A DNA stretch of 64,000 nucleotides from contig JAUXUF010000179.1 in NCBI GenBank assembly GCA_030684645.1, forward strand, positions 40,279 to 104,278. Direction: 5' to 3'. Shown piece by piece: positions 55,815-64,000 of this stretch. The first letter of the stretch is position 1, and each line of letters begins with the position of its first letter. Below the pieces are notes generated by a model. That model saw only the letters and a list, made by a program, of their open reading frames with translations, ran no database searches and was not told the DNA's origin. Origin of the DNA: Bacteroidota bacterium (GTDB lineage: Bacteria > Bacteroidota > Bacteroidia > Bacteroidales > Prolixibacteraceae). Position numbers and translations under genes: made by a program.

Positions 55815-57167
55815 TTAACAAAGCACTTCCTTTTCAATCTGCTCCAGCGTTTTGCCTTTGGTTTCAATGATCTGTATTTTCAAATAAATGAATCCAATGA
55901 AAGTAACTACCGCAAAAAAGATAAAGGCATAACTCATTCCCAACTGCTGTGCTGCCTGGCTGATCCCAAAAAATCCAATGACAACCGGGAAGAGAAAATT
56001 GAGGGAGGCGCTGACTACCCAGTTCGCAAAAGAGCCCATTGATGCGCCTCTTGCCCGAATTACGTTTGGAAACATTTCGGACAACAACACCCAAACTACG
56101 ACCCCTTGTGATGCTGCAAAAAAAGCAATATACGCTACCAATAATGCCACTAACCAATAACCAGTAATATTTCCTGTAAGAAGTCCATAGCCAAACAATC
56201 CAAGAACTACCACCATTCCCATCTGTCCGAATAGTAATAGTTTTTTCCTTCCCACTTTATCTATGATTGCCATTGCAATAAGTGTAAAAAGCAAATTTGT
56301 AGCACCTAATATGACACTCTGGATCATGGAAGAGCCACTGGAAAAACCGGCAATGCTGAATATCTGGGAAGAATAATAAAATACAACACCGATACCAGTG
56401 AGCTGACTAAAAATTCCTACAAATATTCCGATGTAGATTATTCTACGATACGGTTTCTTAAATAAATTAATTCTTTTACCTGCATTTTCTGTTTGGATCG
56501 ATTCCTGAATTTCAAGGATCGTCTGTTCCGTATCAATTTCATGAGATGATAATTCTTCAATATTTTTCCGTGCTTCTTCTATTCGACCTTTTTTCACCAG
56601 CCAGCGCGGACTCTTCCTGATCACCAAAAGCATCAGGAAAAACGCAACTGCTGGAATAGCGCCGCTAAAAAGCATCCAACGCCAGTTTTGGTCTCCCAAA
56701 TCAAGCAACAAATAATTGGATATCAGCGACAATAAAATTCCAAGCACAATTGCCAGCTGAAAGGTAGATGCCAATAAACCCCGGTGTTTGGGTGGAGAAA
56801 TTTCGGAAATATATACCGGACAAAGCACGGAAGCGCCACCAATAGCCAAACCGCCAATAAACCGGAAAAGAATGAACGAACTGATATTTGTTGCCATTCC
56901 ACAGCCAACTGATGAAGCAAAAAACAGGATGGCCAGCAATTGCAGCAAGCGTTTTGCCCCATATACATCGCCTGGTTTTCCAATCAGGATAGTACCTAAT
57001 ATACATCCAATCAGGGCTGAACTCACTGTCCATCCCTGCAATGCAGAACTAAGCTGAAAGTACTTTACCAAATCGAGCATGGCCCCATTGATGATTACCG
57101 TGTCGTAACCGAATAACAAGCCTCCCAAGGCTGCCGCAACAGTACATTTTATAAGTATTTTATTCAT
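55815..57167 (-). CDS. Sugar porter family MFS transporter (XylE-like)
   Basis: 450 aa. Motifs LGGLLFGYDTVIING, PVYISEISP..RG, SPRWL, SQLTGIGVVFYY, DKVGRK, WVLLSEMFP and ETKGKTLE. Its ATG overlaps the upstream GH3 stop (57164-57167). Confidence 0.95.
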   Translation of the reverse strand: MNKILIKCTVAAALGGLLFGYDTVIINGAMLDLVKYFQLSSALQGWTVSSALIGCILGTILIGKPGDVYGAKRLLQLLAILFFASSVGCGMATNISSFILFRFIGGLAIGGASVLCPVYISEISPPKHRGLLASTFQLAIVLGILLSLISNYLLLDLGDQNWRWMLFSGAIPAVAFFLMLLVIRKSPRWLVKKGRIEEARKNIEELSSHEIDTEQTILEIQESIQTENAGKRINLFKKPYRRIIYIGIFVGIFSQLTGIGVVFYYSSQIFSIAGFSSGSSMIQSVILGATNLLFTLIAMAIIDKVGRKKLLLFGQMGMVVVLGLFGYGLLTGNITGYWLVALLVAYIAFFAASQGVVVWVLLSEMFPNVIRARGASMGSFANWVVSASLNFLFPVVIGFFGISQAAQQLGMSYAFIFFAVVTFIGFIYLKIQIIETKGKTLEQIEKEVLC

Positions 57168-59545
57168 TTCTTTGTTTTTACACTCAGTTCATTCAATTCA
57201 AAATTCAGTAACGAATAAGGGTACATTACATTATGTGCCTTCTCTGCGACCATTTCTTCAGGTAAAGTAAATGAAGCTTTGAGCCGGATATCTTTCGATG
57301 ATGCACCCATGCGAACTTCATAAATCCCTTTATCGGCTACCCAAGCACTGATTCCACTCCAGAAGGAAGCCAGGGAACGTGCATCGAGTTCAAAAGTCAG
57401 ATTCTGGCTTTCTCCCGGTTGCAGCAGCTTTGTTTTGGCAAATCCTTTCAATTCCTGAACCGGTTTTTCAATTTCAGTATTTGGGGCTGCCAGGTATAGT
57501 TGAACCACCTCTTTCCCTGGTACCTTTCCAGTATTTTTCACAATTACGTTTACTTTCATCTTACCGGTGAAGGTAGGGCTACTCAACTTTAAATCAGAGT
57601 ACTCAAAGGTTGTATAGGAAAGTCCATAACCAAATTCGAAGGCAACAGGCACTTTAAATGAGTCGTAGTAACGATAGCCCACGTAAATTCCTTCGTTGTA
57701 TAACACAGGATTAATATTTGCTTTTTGAGATTCAGGTTCGATTGTAAAGTTTGGGGCAGAGGGCACGTCTTCATACTTAATCGGGAATGACACCGGCAAT
57801 TTTCCTGAAGGATTTACAGAACCTTTCAGCACATCGGCTACTGCATTGCCACCCTGTTCACCTGTTTGCCAGGCAAGCAGAATGGCATCCGGAAGGTCTC
57901 TCCAGCTGGCAGTTTCAAAAGCGCCACCAACATTTAGGATTACCACAACCTTTTTCCCGGCAGCATGATAAACCTCGCACACGTCCCGTACTAAATTTTG
58001 TTCCACATCATCCAGTGGAATATAACCATTGTCGTGTCCTTCGCCACCAGAGCGGCCTATCATAATAACAGCAATATCGGATTCTGCAACCTGCTTTGCA
58101 ATGTCAGCTTTTGATATTTTCAGTTCAGGATGAAATGGAATTATCCGTCGTTTAAAATAGTCTGTTACCTTGCTGCTATTGGAAAATATGGTGTCTACAA
58201 AATTTGAATAGGTATCATCGAGGTATTTTACAACCTGAAATCCTGCATTTTTTATCCCCTCATTCAGCGTTACCGAGTGAATTGGTTTCGACTCGCCACT
58301 GCCCGATCCGCTGGCCACAAAAAAATACGAACCTTTACTGAAAAGTGCAACTGTTTTCACATTGGCACTGAATGGCAGTGTCGTATTGCTATTCTTAAGC
58401 AAAACCATCGCCTCACTGGCAGATTCTCTGGCGAGTGCAACGTGGGTAACCTTATCGAATTTTAAAGATGGCTTGTAGCCTTTGGAGCGAGGTGTTTTCA
58501 TCTTGAATTTCAAAACGTATTCTACACTCTTATCGATCTCTTTTTCATCCAGCGTTTTGTCTTTCAGGGCTGCTTTAATCTCATCAATTTCAGCCTTGCT
58601 ACCACTCATCAGGAGGTTGCTTCCGGCCCTAACTTTTGCCACCGCACTGCCCAGACCATCCCAGTCGGTCATGAATAGTCCGTCGAAACCCCACTCCTGA
58701 CGCGTAACGATTTTTAGCAATTCAGGATTTTCAGCCGTATAGAATCCGTTAAACTTATTGTAGGAAGTCATGATTGACCATGGATGGCCTTCCTTCACCG
58801 CAATTTCAAAACCGCGCAGGTAAATTTCCCGTAAGGCCCGCTGACTGATAATTGCATTATAACTCCTTCGGTTGGTTTCCTGATTGTTGGCTGCAAAGTG
58901 CTTGATGGAAGTTCCTACACCTTGCGATTGCACGCCACGGACATAAGCTGCCGCCATTTTTCCGGACAACAGCGGATCTTCCGAAAAGTACTCGAAGTTA
59001 CGGCCACACATCGGATTGCGCTGTATATTCAGTCCCGGTTCCAGCATAATATCCACGTTAGATTCTTTCACTTCGTTGCCAATGGCCTCACCCACTTTTT
59101 CGATCAGGTCAGTATTCCAGGTTGCTGCCAAGGATGTTTCACTTGGAAAAGCGGTATAGCGAACTTCCTGAGTCGAATCTTTAGGATTGGTGCCGGCAAT
59201 GGTTATACCGCCCATTACAGTTGATTTTATACCCAACCGGGGAATGCCCCACACGCAACCATCCACCGTCGGGGTAAAAAGTGATGCACTTTTCGGAAAT
59301 GTATTATCCTCGATACTGATTCCAGATTTTGGGTCGTAAACAGGTATTCCGGGAGGTGGTGTTTTTCCATCTCCAACTCCGACGATGAGCGCTATCTTTT
59401 CGTCTATAGTCAGTGCCGCAATAACATCTTCCAGCTTGTCTTTGCCCAATTGCGGATTACTGCTTTTTGGGGCAACGCATGATTGCAGGCCGAGTTGAAG
59501 CACAATCAGAAGTGAGATAAACCTAATCGAAATTTGAATCTTCAT
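57164..59545 (-). CDS. GH3 beta-glucosidase-type lipoprotein (tandem copy 1)
   Basis: 793 aa with lipobox LQSC. Motifs RNPMCGRNFEYFSEDP, KHFAANNQE, nucleophile FMTDW, SGGEGHD and YNEGIYVGYRYYD. Confidence 0.95.
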   Translation of the reverse strand: MKIQISIRFISLLIVLQLGLQSCVAPKSSNPQLGKDKLEDVIAALTIDEKIALIVGVGDGKTPPPGIPVYDPKSGISIEDNTFPKSASLFTPTVDGCVWGIPRLGIKSTVMGGITIAGTNPKDSTQEVRYTAFPSETSLAATWNTDLIEKVGEAIGNEVKESNVDIMLEPGLNIQRNPMCGRNFEYFSEDPLLSGKMAAAYVRGVQSQGVGTSIKHFAANNQETNRRSYNAIISQRALREIYLRGFEIAVKEGHPWSIMTSYNKFNGFYTAENPELLKIVTRQEWGFDGLFMTDWDGLGSAVAKVRAGSNLLMSGSKAEIDEIKAALKDKTLDEKEIDKSVEYVLKFKMKTPRSKGYKPSLKFDKVTHVALARESASEAMVLLKNSNTTLPFSANVKTVALFSKGSYFFVASGSGSGESKPIHSVTLNEGIKNAGFQVVKYLDDTYSNFVDTIFSNSSKVTDYFKRRIIPFHPELKISKADIAKQVAESDIAVIMIGRSGGEGHDNGYIPLDDVEQNLVRDVCEVYHAAGKKVVVILNVGGAFETASWRDLPDAILLAWQTGEQGGNAVADVLKGSVNPSGKLPVSFPIKYEDVPSAPNFTIEPESQKANINPVLYNEGIYVGYRYYDSFKVPVAFEFGYGLSYTTFEYSDLKLSSPTFTGKMKVNVIVKNTGKVPGKEVVQLYLAAPNTEIEKPVQELKGFAKTKLLQPGESQNLTFELDARSLASFWSGISAWVADKGIYEVRMGASSKDIRLKASFTLPEEMVAEKAHNVMYPYSLLNFELNELSVKTKK

Positions 59546-59554
59546 ATCTTTATA

Positions 59555-61933
59555 TTATTTGCTATTCCGGCTCAACTCCTTCATAGCAAAATTGGGGAAC
59601 AAGGCATCATGCACTTTTTCGACCACTACATCTTTTCTCAAATTAAAAGAAGCTTTTAGGCGGATATCTTTCGATGACGCGCCAATGCGAACCTCGTAAT
59701 CGCCCTGATCGGCCACCCACGAGCTGATGCCACTCCGGAATGAAGCCAGCGAGCGGGCATCCAGTTCAAAAGTCAATTGCTGGGTTTCATCCGGTTGCAA
59801 CAGCTTTGTTTTTACAAATCCCTTTAATTCCTGATCAGGTTTCTCAACTTCCGAAGTTGGAGCCGAAAGATAGAGTTGGACTACCTCTTTGCCCGGAACT
59901 TTTCCGGTATTTTTCACTGTAATTTTCACCTCCATTTTATCGGCAAAAGTTGAGCTACTCAACTTCAGATCAGAGTATTCAAAGGTTGTGTACGACATAC
60001 CATAGCCAAACTCGTAGGCTGTTGGAACCTTAAAAGTATCGTAATAGCGGTACCCAACATAGATACCTTCTTTGTAAAACGAATTGACCGGATTGTCAGC
60101 AGGCTCTCCGGGGAAAGTTGTTGCAGAAGGTACGTCCTCGTATTTTATTGGGAATGAGTCTGGCAGCTTACCAGATGGATTAACTGCACCTTTTAGAATA
60201 TCGGCAACGGCATAGCCGCCTTCCTGTCCGGGCTGCCACGCGAGCAGAATGGCATCGGGATAGTTGCGCCAGGAGGCTGTTTCGCAAACACCTCCTACAT
60301 TGAGCACCACCACGACCTTTTTCCCGGCAGCATGGTATGCATCGCACACATTTCGCACCAGCTCGATTTCTGTTTCAGAACTTGGGAAATAGCCGTTTTC
60401 ATAACCTTCGCCACCACTTCGGCCCAGAGTAATAACGGCAATATCGGTATTCGGTATTTGTTTTTCAATTTGTTGCCTGGTCATCGCCATTTCCTCATGA
60501 AACGGGATCAGCCTTTTTTTGAAGTGAGGTGGAGCTTTACCATCTTTAACACCATTAGCAGCCAGCATGACGGGATTATTGAAAAAATCAGGAACCAGAT
60601 TTTTTTCCATGATATCCGCATTGAAGGCCGTGAAAGCATCCTCCATTTCTTTCAATACCTGAAAACCTGCGGCTTTGAGCCCCTGGTTTATGGAAACAGC
60701 ATACTTATTACTCCGGATGCCCCCGCTACCAGTGCCTGACTCAATCAAATAGTAGCCAATTTTACCAAACAAGGCGACTGTTTTCACGTCATGAAAAGGA
60801 AGAGCATTATTCTCATTTTTAAGAAGCACCATGCCCTCAGTTGCTGCCTCTCTGGCAATTGACGCATGAGCTTCCAGTTCCGGTTTCATGGTTGGGACAT
60901 GGCCATTCATGCGAGGTGAGTTTAGCTTGAGCTGCAGGTTATAAACCAGATTTTTAGCGAGCATACTCTCATCCAGCGTTTTGTCTTTAAGCGCTGCCGT
61001 CAGTTCGTTAACCTCATCCATGTTTCCTCCCATCAGCATGTTGTTACCAGCCCTGACTTTGGCCACGGCACTTCCGTAACCGTCAAAATCAGTCATGAAA
61101 ACTCCGTTAAATCCCCATTCCTGACGGACAATGTCCTGAAGCAATTCAGGATTTTCAGCGGTATAGAAGCCATTTAACTTGTTGTAAGAAGTCATGATTG
61201 CAGCGGGTTTACCTTCTTTCACGGCAATTTCAAAACCACGCAGGTAAATTTCGCGCAAAGCCCTTTGGCTAACCACAGCATTGTAGGTCCTACGGTTTGT
61301 TTCCTGATTATTCGCCAGAAAATGTTTTAAAGTGGCGCCAACTCCATTGGATTGGAGGCCAATGACAATGGACGCAGCCATTTTTCCGGAGAGTAAGGGA
61401 TCTTCGGAATAATACTCAAAGTTGCGTCCGCACTTCGGATTGCGATGAATGTTTAATGCCGGCATCAGTACCACATCGTTGTCGTATTCCAGCAACTCAT
61501 TTCCAAAGGCCTTTCCTACTTTAGCCAGCATTTCGATGTTCCAGGTGGCTGCAAGACAGCTCGAAGTAGGAAATGCTGTAGAATAATAATACTCAGTACT
61601 TCCGGCCGGATGAGGATCCCTGTTCACTCCGGAAGGGCCATCGGTTAGTGATGAATTCATAACAGAAAGACGTGGAATAACCATTTTTGAATTTTGGTTG
61701 GCAATAATGATTCCGGTGCCTTGCTCAATGGTTTTTGAATTGGTTGCAGGCAAAAATTTCCCATCGCCAACGGTCATGCCAATTTTTTCTTCCGGAGTCA
61801 TGGCTGCAATTACATCTTCCAACTTAGCTTTACCCAGCTGTGGCTCTGTACTTTTACCGGTACTGCAAGCCTGAATGGCCAACACAATCACAACCAGGAG
61901 TGTAAAAATCAATGTCGAAATTTTTTGTTTCAT
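59555..61933 (-). CDS. GH3 beta-glucosidase-type lipoprotein (tandem copy 2)
   Basis: 792 aa with lipobox IQAC. Motifs LTDGPSG, RNPKCGRNFEYYSEDP, KHFLANNQE, FMTDF and SGGEGYE. Confidence 0.95.
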   Translation of the reverse strand: MKQKISTLIFTLLVVIVLAIQACSTGKSTEPQLGKAKLEDVIAAMTPEEKIGMTVGDGKFLPATNSKTIEQGTGIIIANQNSKMVIPRLSVMNSSLTDGPSGVNRDPHPAGSTEYYYSTAFPTSSCLAATWNIEMLAKVGKAFGNELLEYDNDVVLMPALNIHRNPKCGRNFEYYSEDPLLSGKMAASIVIGLQSNGVGATLKHFLANNQETNRRTYNAVVSQRALREIYLRGFEIAVKEGKPAAIMTSYNKLNGFYTAENPELLQDIVRQEWGFNGVFMTDFDGYGSAVAKVRAGNNMLMGGNMDEVNELTAALKDKTLDESMLAKNLVYNLQLKLNSPRMNGHVPTMKPELEAHASIAREAATEGMVLLKNENNALPFHDVKTVALFGKIGYYLIESGTGSGGIRSNKYAVSINQGLKAAGFQVLKEMEDAFTAFNADIMEKNLVPDFFNNPVMLAANGVKDGKAPPHFKKRLIPFHEEMAMTRQQIEKQIPNTDIAVITLGRSGGEGYENGYFPSSETEIELVRNVCDAYHAAGKKVVVVLNVGGVCETASWRNYPDAILLAWQPGQEGGYAVADILKGAVNPSGKLPDSFPIKYEDVPSATTFPGEPADNPVNSFYKEGIYVGYRYYDTFKVPTAYEFGYGMSYTTFEYSDLKLSSSTFADKMEVKITVKNTGKVPGKEVVQLYLSAPTSEVEKPDQELKGFVKTKLLQPDETQQLTFELDARSLASFRSGISSWVADQGDYEVRIGASSKDIRLKASFNLRKDVVVEKVHDALFPNFAMKELSRNSK

Positions 61934-61938
61934 TTTGT

Positions 61939-64000
61939 CTATTTTTTAGTTTGATTTAGTTCGTCTAATGGAAAGTCAGGATACAGCACGTTATGTGCTT
62001 TTTCAACAATAATTTCTTCAGGCAGGCTGAATGACCCTTTGAGGCGAATGTCTCTGGATGAAGCACCAATACGCACCTCATAACTGCCTTTATCTGCTAC
62101 CCATGCGCTGATACCGCTCCAGAAGGATGCCAGTAAACGGGCATCCAGTTCAAAAGATATGAGCTGGCTTTCGCCCGGCTGAAGCAGCTTTGTTTTGGCG
62201 TATCCTTTGAGTTCCTGAATTGGTTTCTCAATCTCTGTATTTGGGGCTGACAGATAAAGTTGCACCACCTCTTTTCCCGGAAGCTTCCCGGAGTTTTTGA
62301 CAGTTACATTTACCGTCATTTTTCCTGAAAATGATGGGCTACTCAATTTCAAATCCGAGTATTCAAAGGAGGTATAGGAAAGGCCAAAGCCAAACTCATA
62401 GGCATCAGGTACCCTGAAGGTATCGTAATACCGGTAACCCACGTAAATTCCTTCGTTGTACAATTGCGGCAATGTGCTGATGTGAACCTTTCGATGACCA
62501 AGGAAAGCATATCCCTCATATTTTCCATCGGTATAAAGCGTCGGAACTGTATCTTCAGGAATCCCGTTGGCTAAATATCCATTATCGGTAATTATTACCT
62601 TGTTGGGAAATGTTTTGGAGGATGGCACATCAGCGTATTTTACAGGTACAGTGGTGGGCAGTTTTCCTGAAGGATTCACATCTCCTTTTAAAACGTCAAC
62701 CAGCGCATTGCCTGCTTCCTGACCCAGCTGCCAGGCCATAAGGATCGCATCAGGGTAATTGCGCCAGCTGGCCATTTCAATGACTCCCGGTACATTCAGT
62801 ATAACCACCACTTTTTTCCCGGCAGCGTGATATGCCTCTGAAACATTTCGAATTAGTGCCTGTTCGGTCTCCGACAGGTTGAAAAAATCATCCTCACGCC
62901 TGTCCCATCCTTCGCCTGAATTACGGCCAATGGTGATGATCGCCAGATCGGAACTGGATACTTGTTCTGAAATAATTGACCTAGGAAGGACTAACTCGGG
63001 ACAATAGGAAATCATGTATTTTTGCCACTTCCACCAGGTCAGTTTTTTAGATTCTTCAGCCCTGACTTTGGTAAGTTGATTCGTGTACCAATCTGCCAAA
63101 GGTTTATTCACCAGGTAATACCTTTTCGTCAGTGCTTCATCAAGTGAAACAACATATTCGTTATTCACCAGGGCACTGCCTGCTCCTCCAACAATGAAAT
63201 CGTAGGATGTTTTGCCAAAAAGAGCCACTTTTTTTACTCCGCCAAAAGGCAAAGCATTGCTGTTTTTTAGAAGGACGATGGCCTCAGTAGCTGCCTCATG
63301 GGCTGTTGCAGCGTTTTCCTTCAGGTTTGGCTGGTACGATGGTTTGTATTGTTTAAATCGAGGGGTTTTCTGAATCAGGGTAAGCACCCGTGCCAGATTT
63401 TTATCCAGCACTTTCCCGTCCAATTTTTTATTTTTTAAACCGGCAAGCAGTTGATTCTGTTCGATGGATTCACCGGGCATCAGAAGATCACTTCCGGCGG
63501 AAACCTTAGCCACGGCATCGGCTCCACAGGTCCAGTCTGTTAAAACTACGCCTTCAAAGCCCCATTCCTTTCTCAGGATAGAATCAAGCAAATCAGGATT
63601 TTCGCAGGTATAGCGACCATTGAGCCGGTTGTACGATACCATGACTGTCCACGGTTTTGACTCTTTTACGGTAATTTCAAATCCTCTGAGATATATTTCG
63701 CGTAAGGCACGCTGGCTTATCACTGAATTTTGAGTCTTCCGGTTGGTTTCCTGATTATTGGCCAGAAAATGTTTGATCGAAGTACCAACTCCCATCGACT
63801 GAACTCCTCGGACCAGAGCTGCCGCTGTTTTTCCGGAAAGCAGCGGGTCTTCTGAACAATACTCAAAATTGCGGCCGCACAAGGGATTTCGCTGGATGTT
63901 CTGTCCCGGACCCAGAAGAATATCAGAGTTGTATTCCAGCGACTCATTTCCCATGCCTTTGCCGACTTTCTCAATCAGTTCATCATTCCAGGTAGCTGCC
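61939..64000 (-). CDS. GH3 beta-glucosidase-type enzyme (tandem copy 3), 5' end beyond the window
   Basis: The frame stays open upstream of the listed Met at 63954 (..AATWNDELIEKVGKGMGNE..) to the window edge. Motifs RNFEYCSEDP, VLTDW and NSGEGWDR. Confidence 0.93.
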   Translation of the reverse strand, partial: AATWNDELIEKVGKGMGNESLEYNSDILLGPGQNIQRNPLCGRNFEYCSEDPLLSGKTAAALVRGVQSMGVGTSIKHFLANNQETNRKTQNSVISQRALREIYLRGFEITVKESKPWTVMVSYNRLNGRYTCENPDLLDSILRKEWGFEGVVLTDWTCGADAVAKVSAGSDLLMPGESIEQNQLLAGLKNKKLDGKVLDKNLARVLTLIQKTPRFKQYKPSYQPNLKENAATAHEAATEAIVLLKNSNALPFGGVKKVALFGKTSYDFIVGGAGSALVNNEYVVSLDEALTKRYYLVNKPLADWYTNQLTKVRAEESKKLTWWKWQKYMISYCPELVLPRSIISEQVSSSDLAIITIGRNSGEGWDRREDDFFNLSETEQALIRNVSEAYHAAGKKVVVILNVPGVIEMASWRNYPDAILMAWQLGQEAGNALVDVLKGDVNPSGKLPTTVPVKYADVPSSKTFPNKVIITDNGYLANGIPEDTVPTLYTDGKYEGYAFLGHRKVHISTLPQLYNEGIYVGYRYYDTFRVPDAYEFGFGLSYTSFEYSDLKLSSPSFSGKMTVNVTVKNSGKLPGKEVVQLYLSAPNTEIEKPIQELKGYAKTKLLQPGESQLISFELDARLLASFWSGISAWVADKGSYEVRIGASSRDIRLKGSFSLPEEIIVEKAHNVLYPDFPLDELNQTKK

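Noticed and set aside
1-64000. Direct equivalent of the Bacteroides RG-II PUL
   Set aside because: GH78, GH106, GH95-like, GH141-like, GH28 and sialidase-like genes overlap with it, but I could not recognise GH127, GH137-140, GH142/143 or PL1, and GH92 and GH32 do not fit.
1-64000. CRISPR arrays, tRNA/rRNA genes, transposases, integrases, invertible promoters
   Set aside because: No regularly spaced repeats, RNA gene signatures or recombinase ORFs were seen. Intergenic gaps are short and mostly accounted for.

Overview
This 64 kb window is one continuous carbohydrate-degradation gene cluster from a Bacteroidota-like genome. The host call is an inference from MK..-type signal and lipoprotein peptides, AT-rich start regions without obvious Shine-Dalgarno sites, GH92-Fn3assoc-PA14 architectures and a FISUMP gene. 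Every credible gene (about 33 CDS plus 2 relics) lies on the minus strand, and the genes at both window edges are cut off. Content: GH3 x4, GH92 x2, GH32-like x2, GH95-like x3 (one DUF5703-type), GH29, GH78, GH106, GH28, a GH141-like beta-helix, a sialidase-like propeller, two SASA acetylesterases, two sugar-porter MFS transporters, a Gfo/Idh/MocA dehydrogenase, a secreted MBL hydrolase and about seven unassigned GH-like proteins. No SusC/SusD pair and no regulator are in the window. The most unusual element is a cytoplasmic URO-D-fold protein with the MtaA-type HxC...C zinc motif (not HemE), tightly coupled to a sugar porter and GH3s. Several hydrolases also carry substitutions in canonical sugar-binding or catalytic motifs (GH29 HH->HA, GH32 RDP/EC lost, GH95 NxN changed). 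Together these suggest, as an inference only, a system for glycans with O-methylated/acetylated or otherwise unusual sugars. Also present: a GH92 gene collapsed by several deletions, a truncated GH38, a 44-bp motif repeated in two intergenic regions 24 kb apart, a GTAG-type REP, and a palindromic repeat read through by the 5' end of a GH3 ORF. All family calls come from motif recognition by eye; no database search was run.
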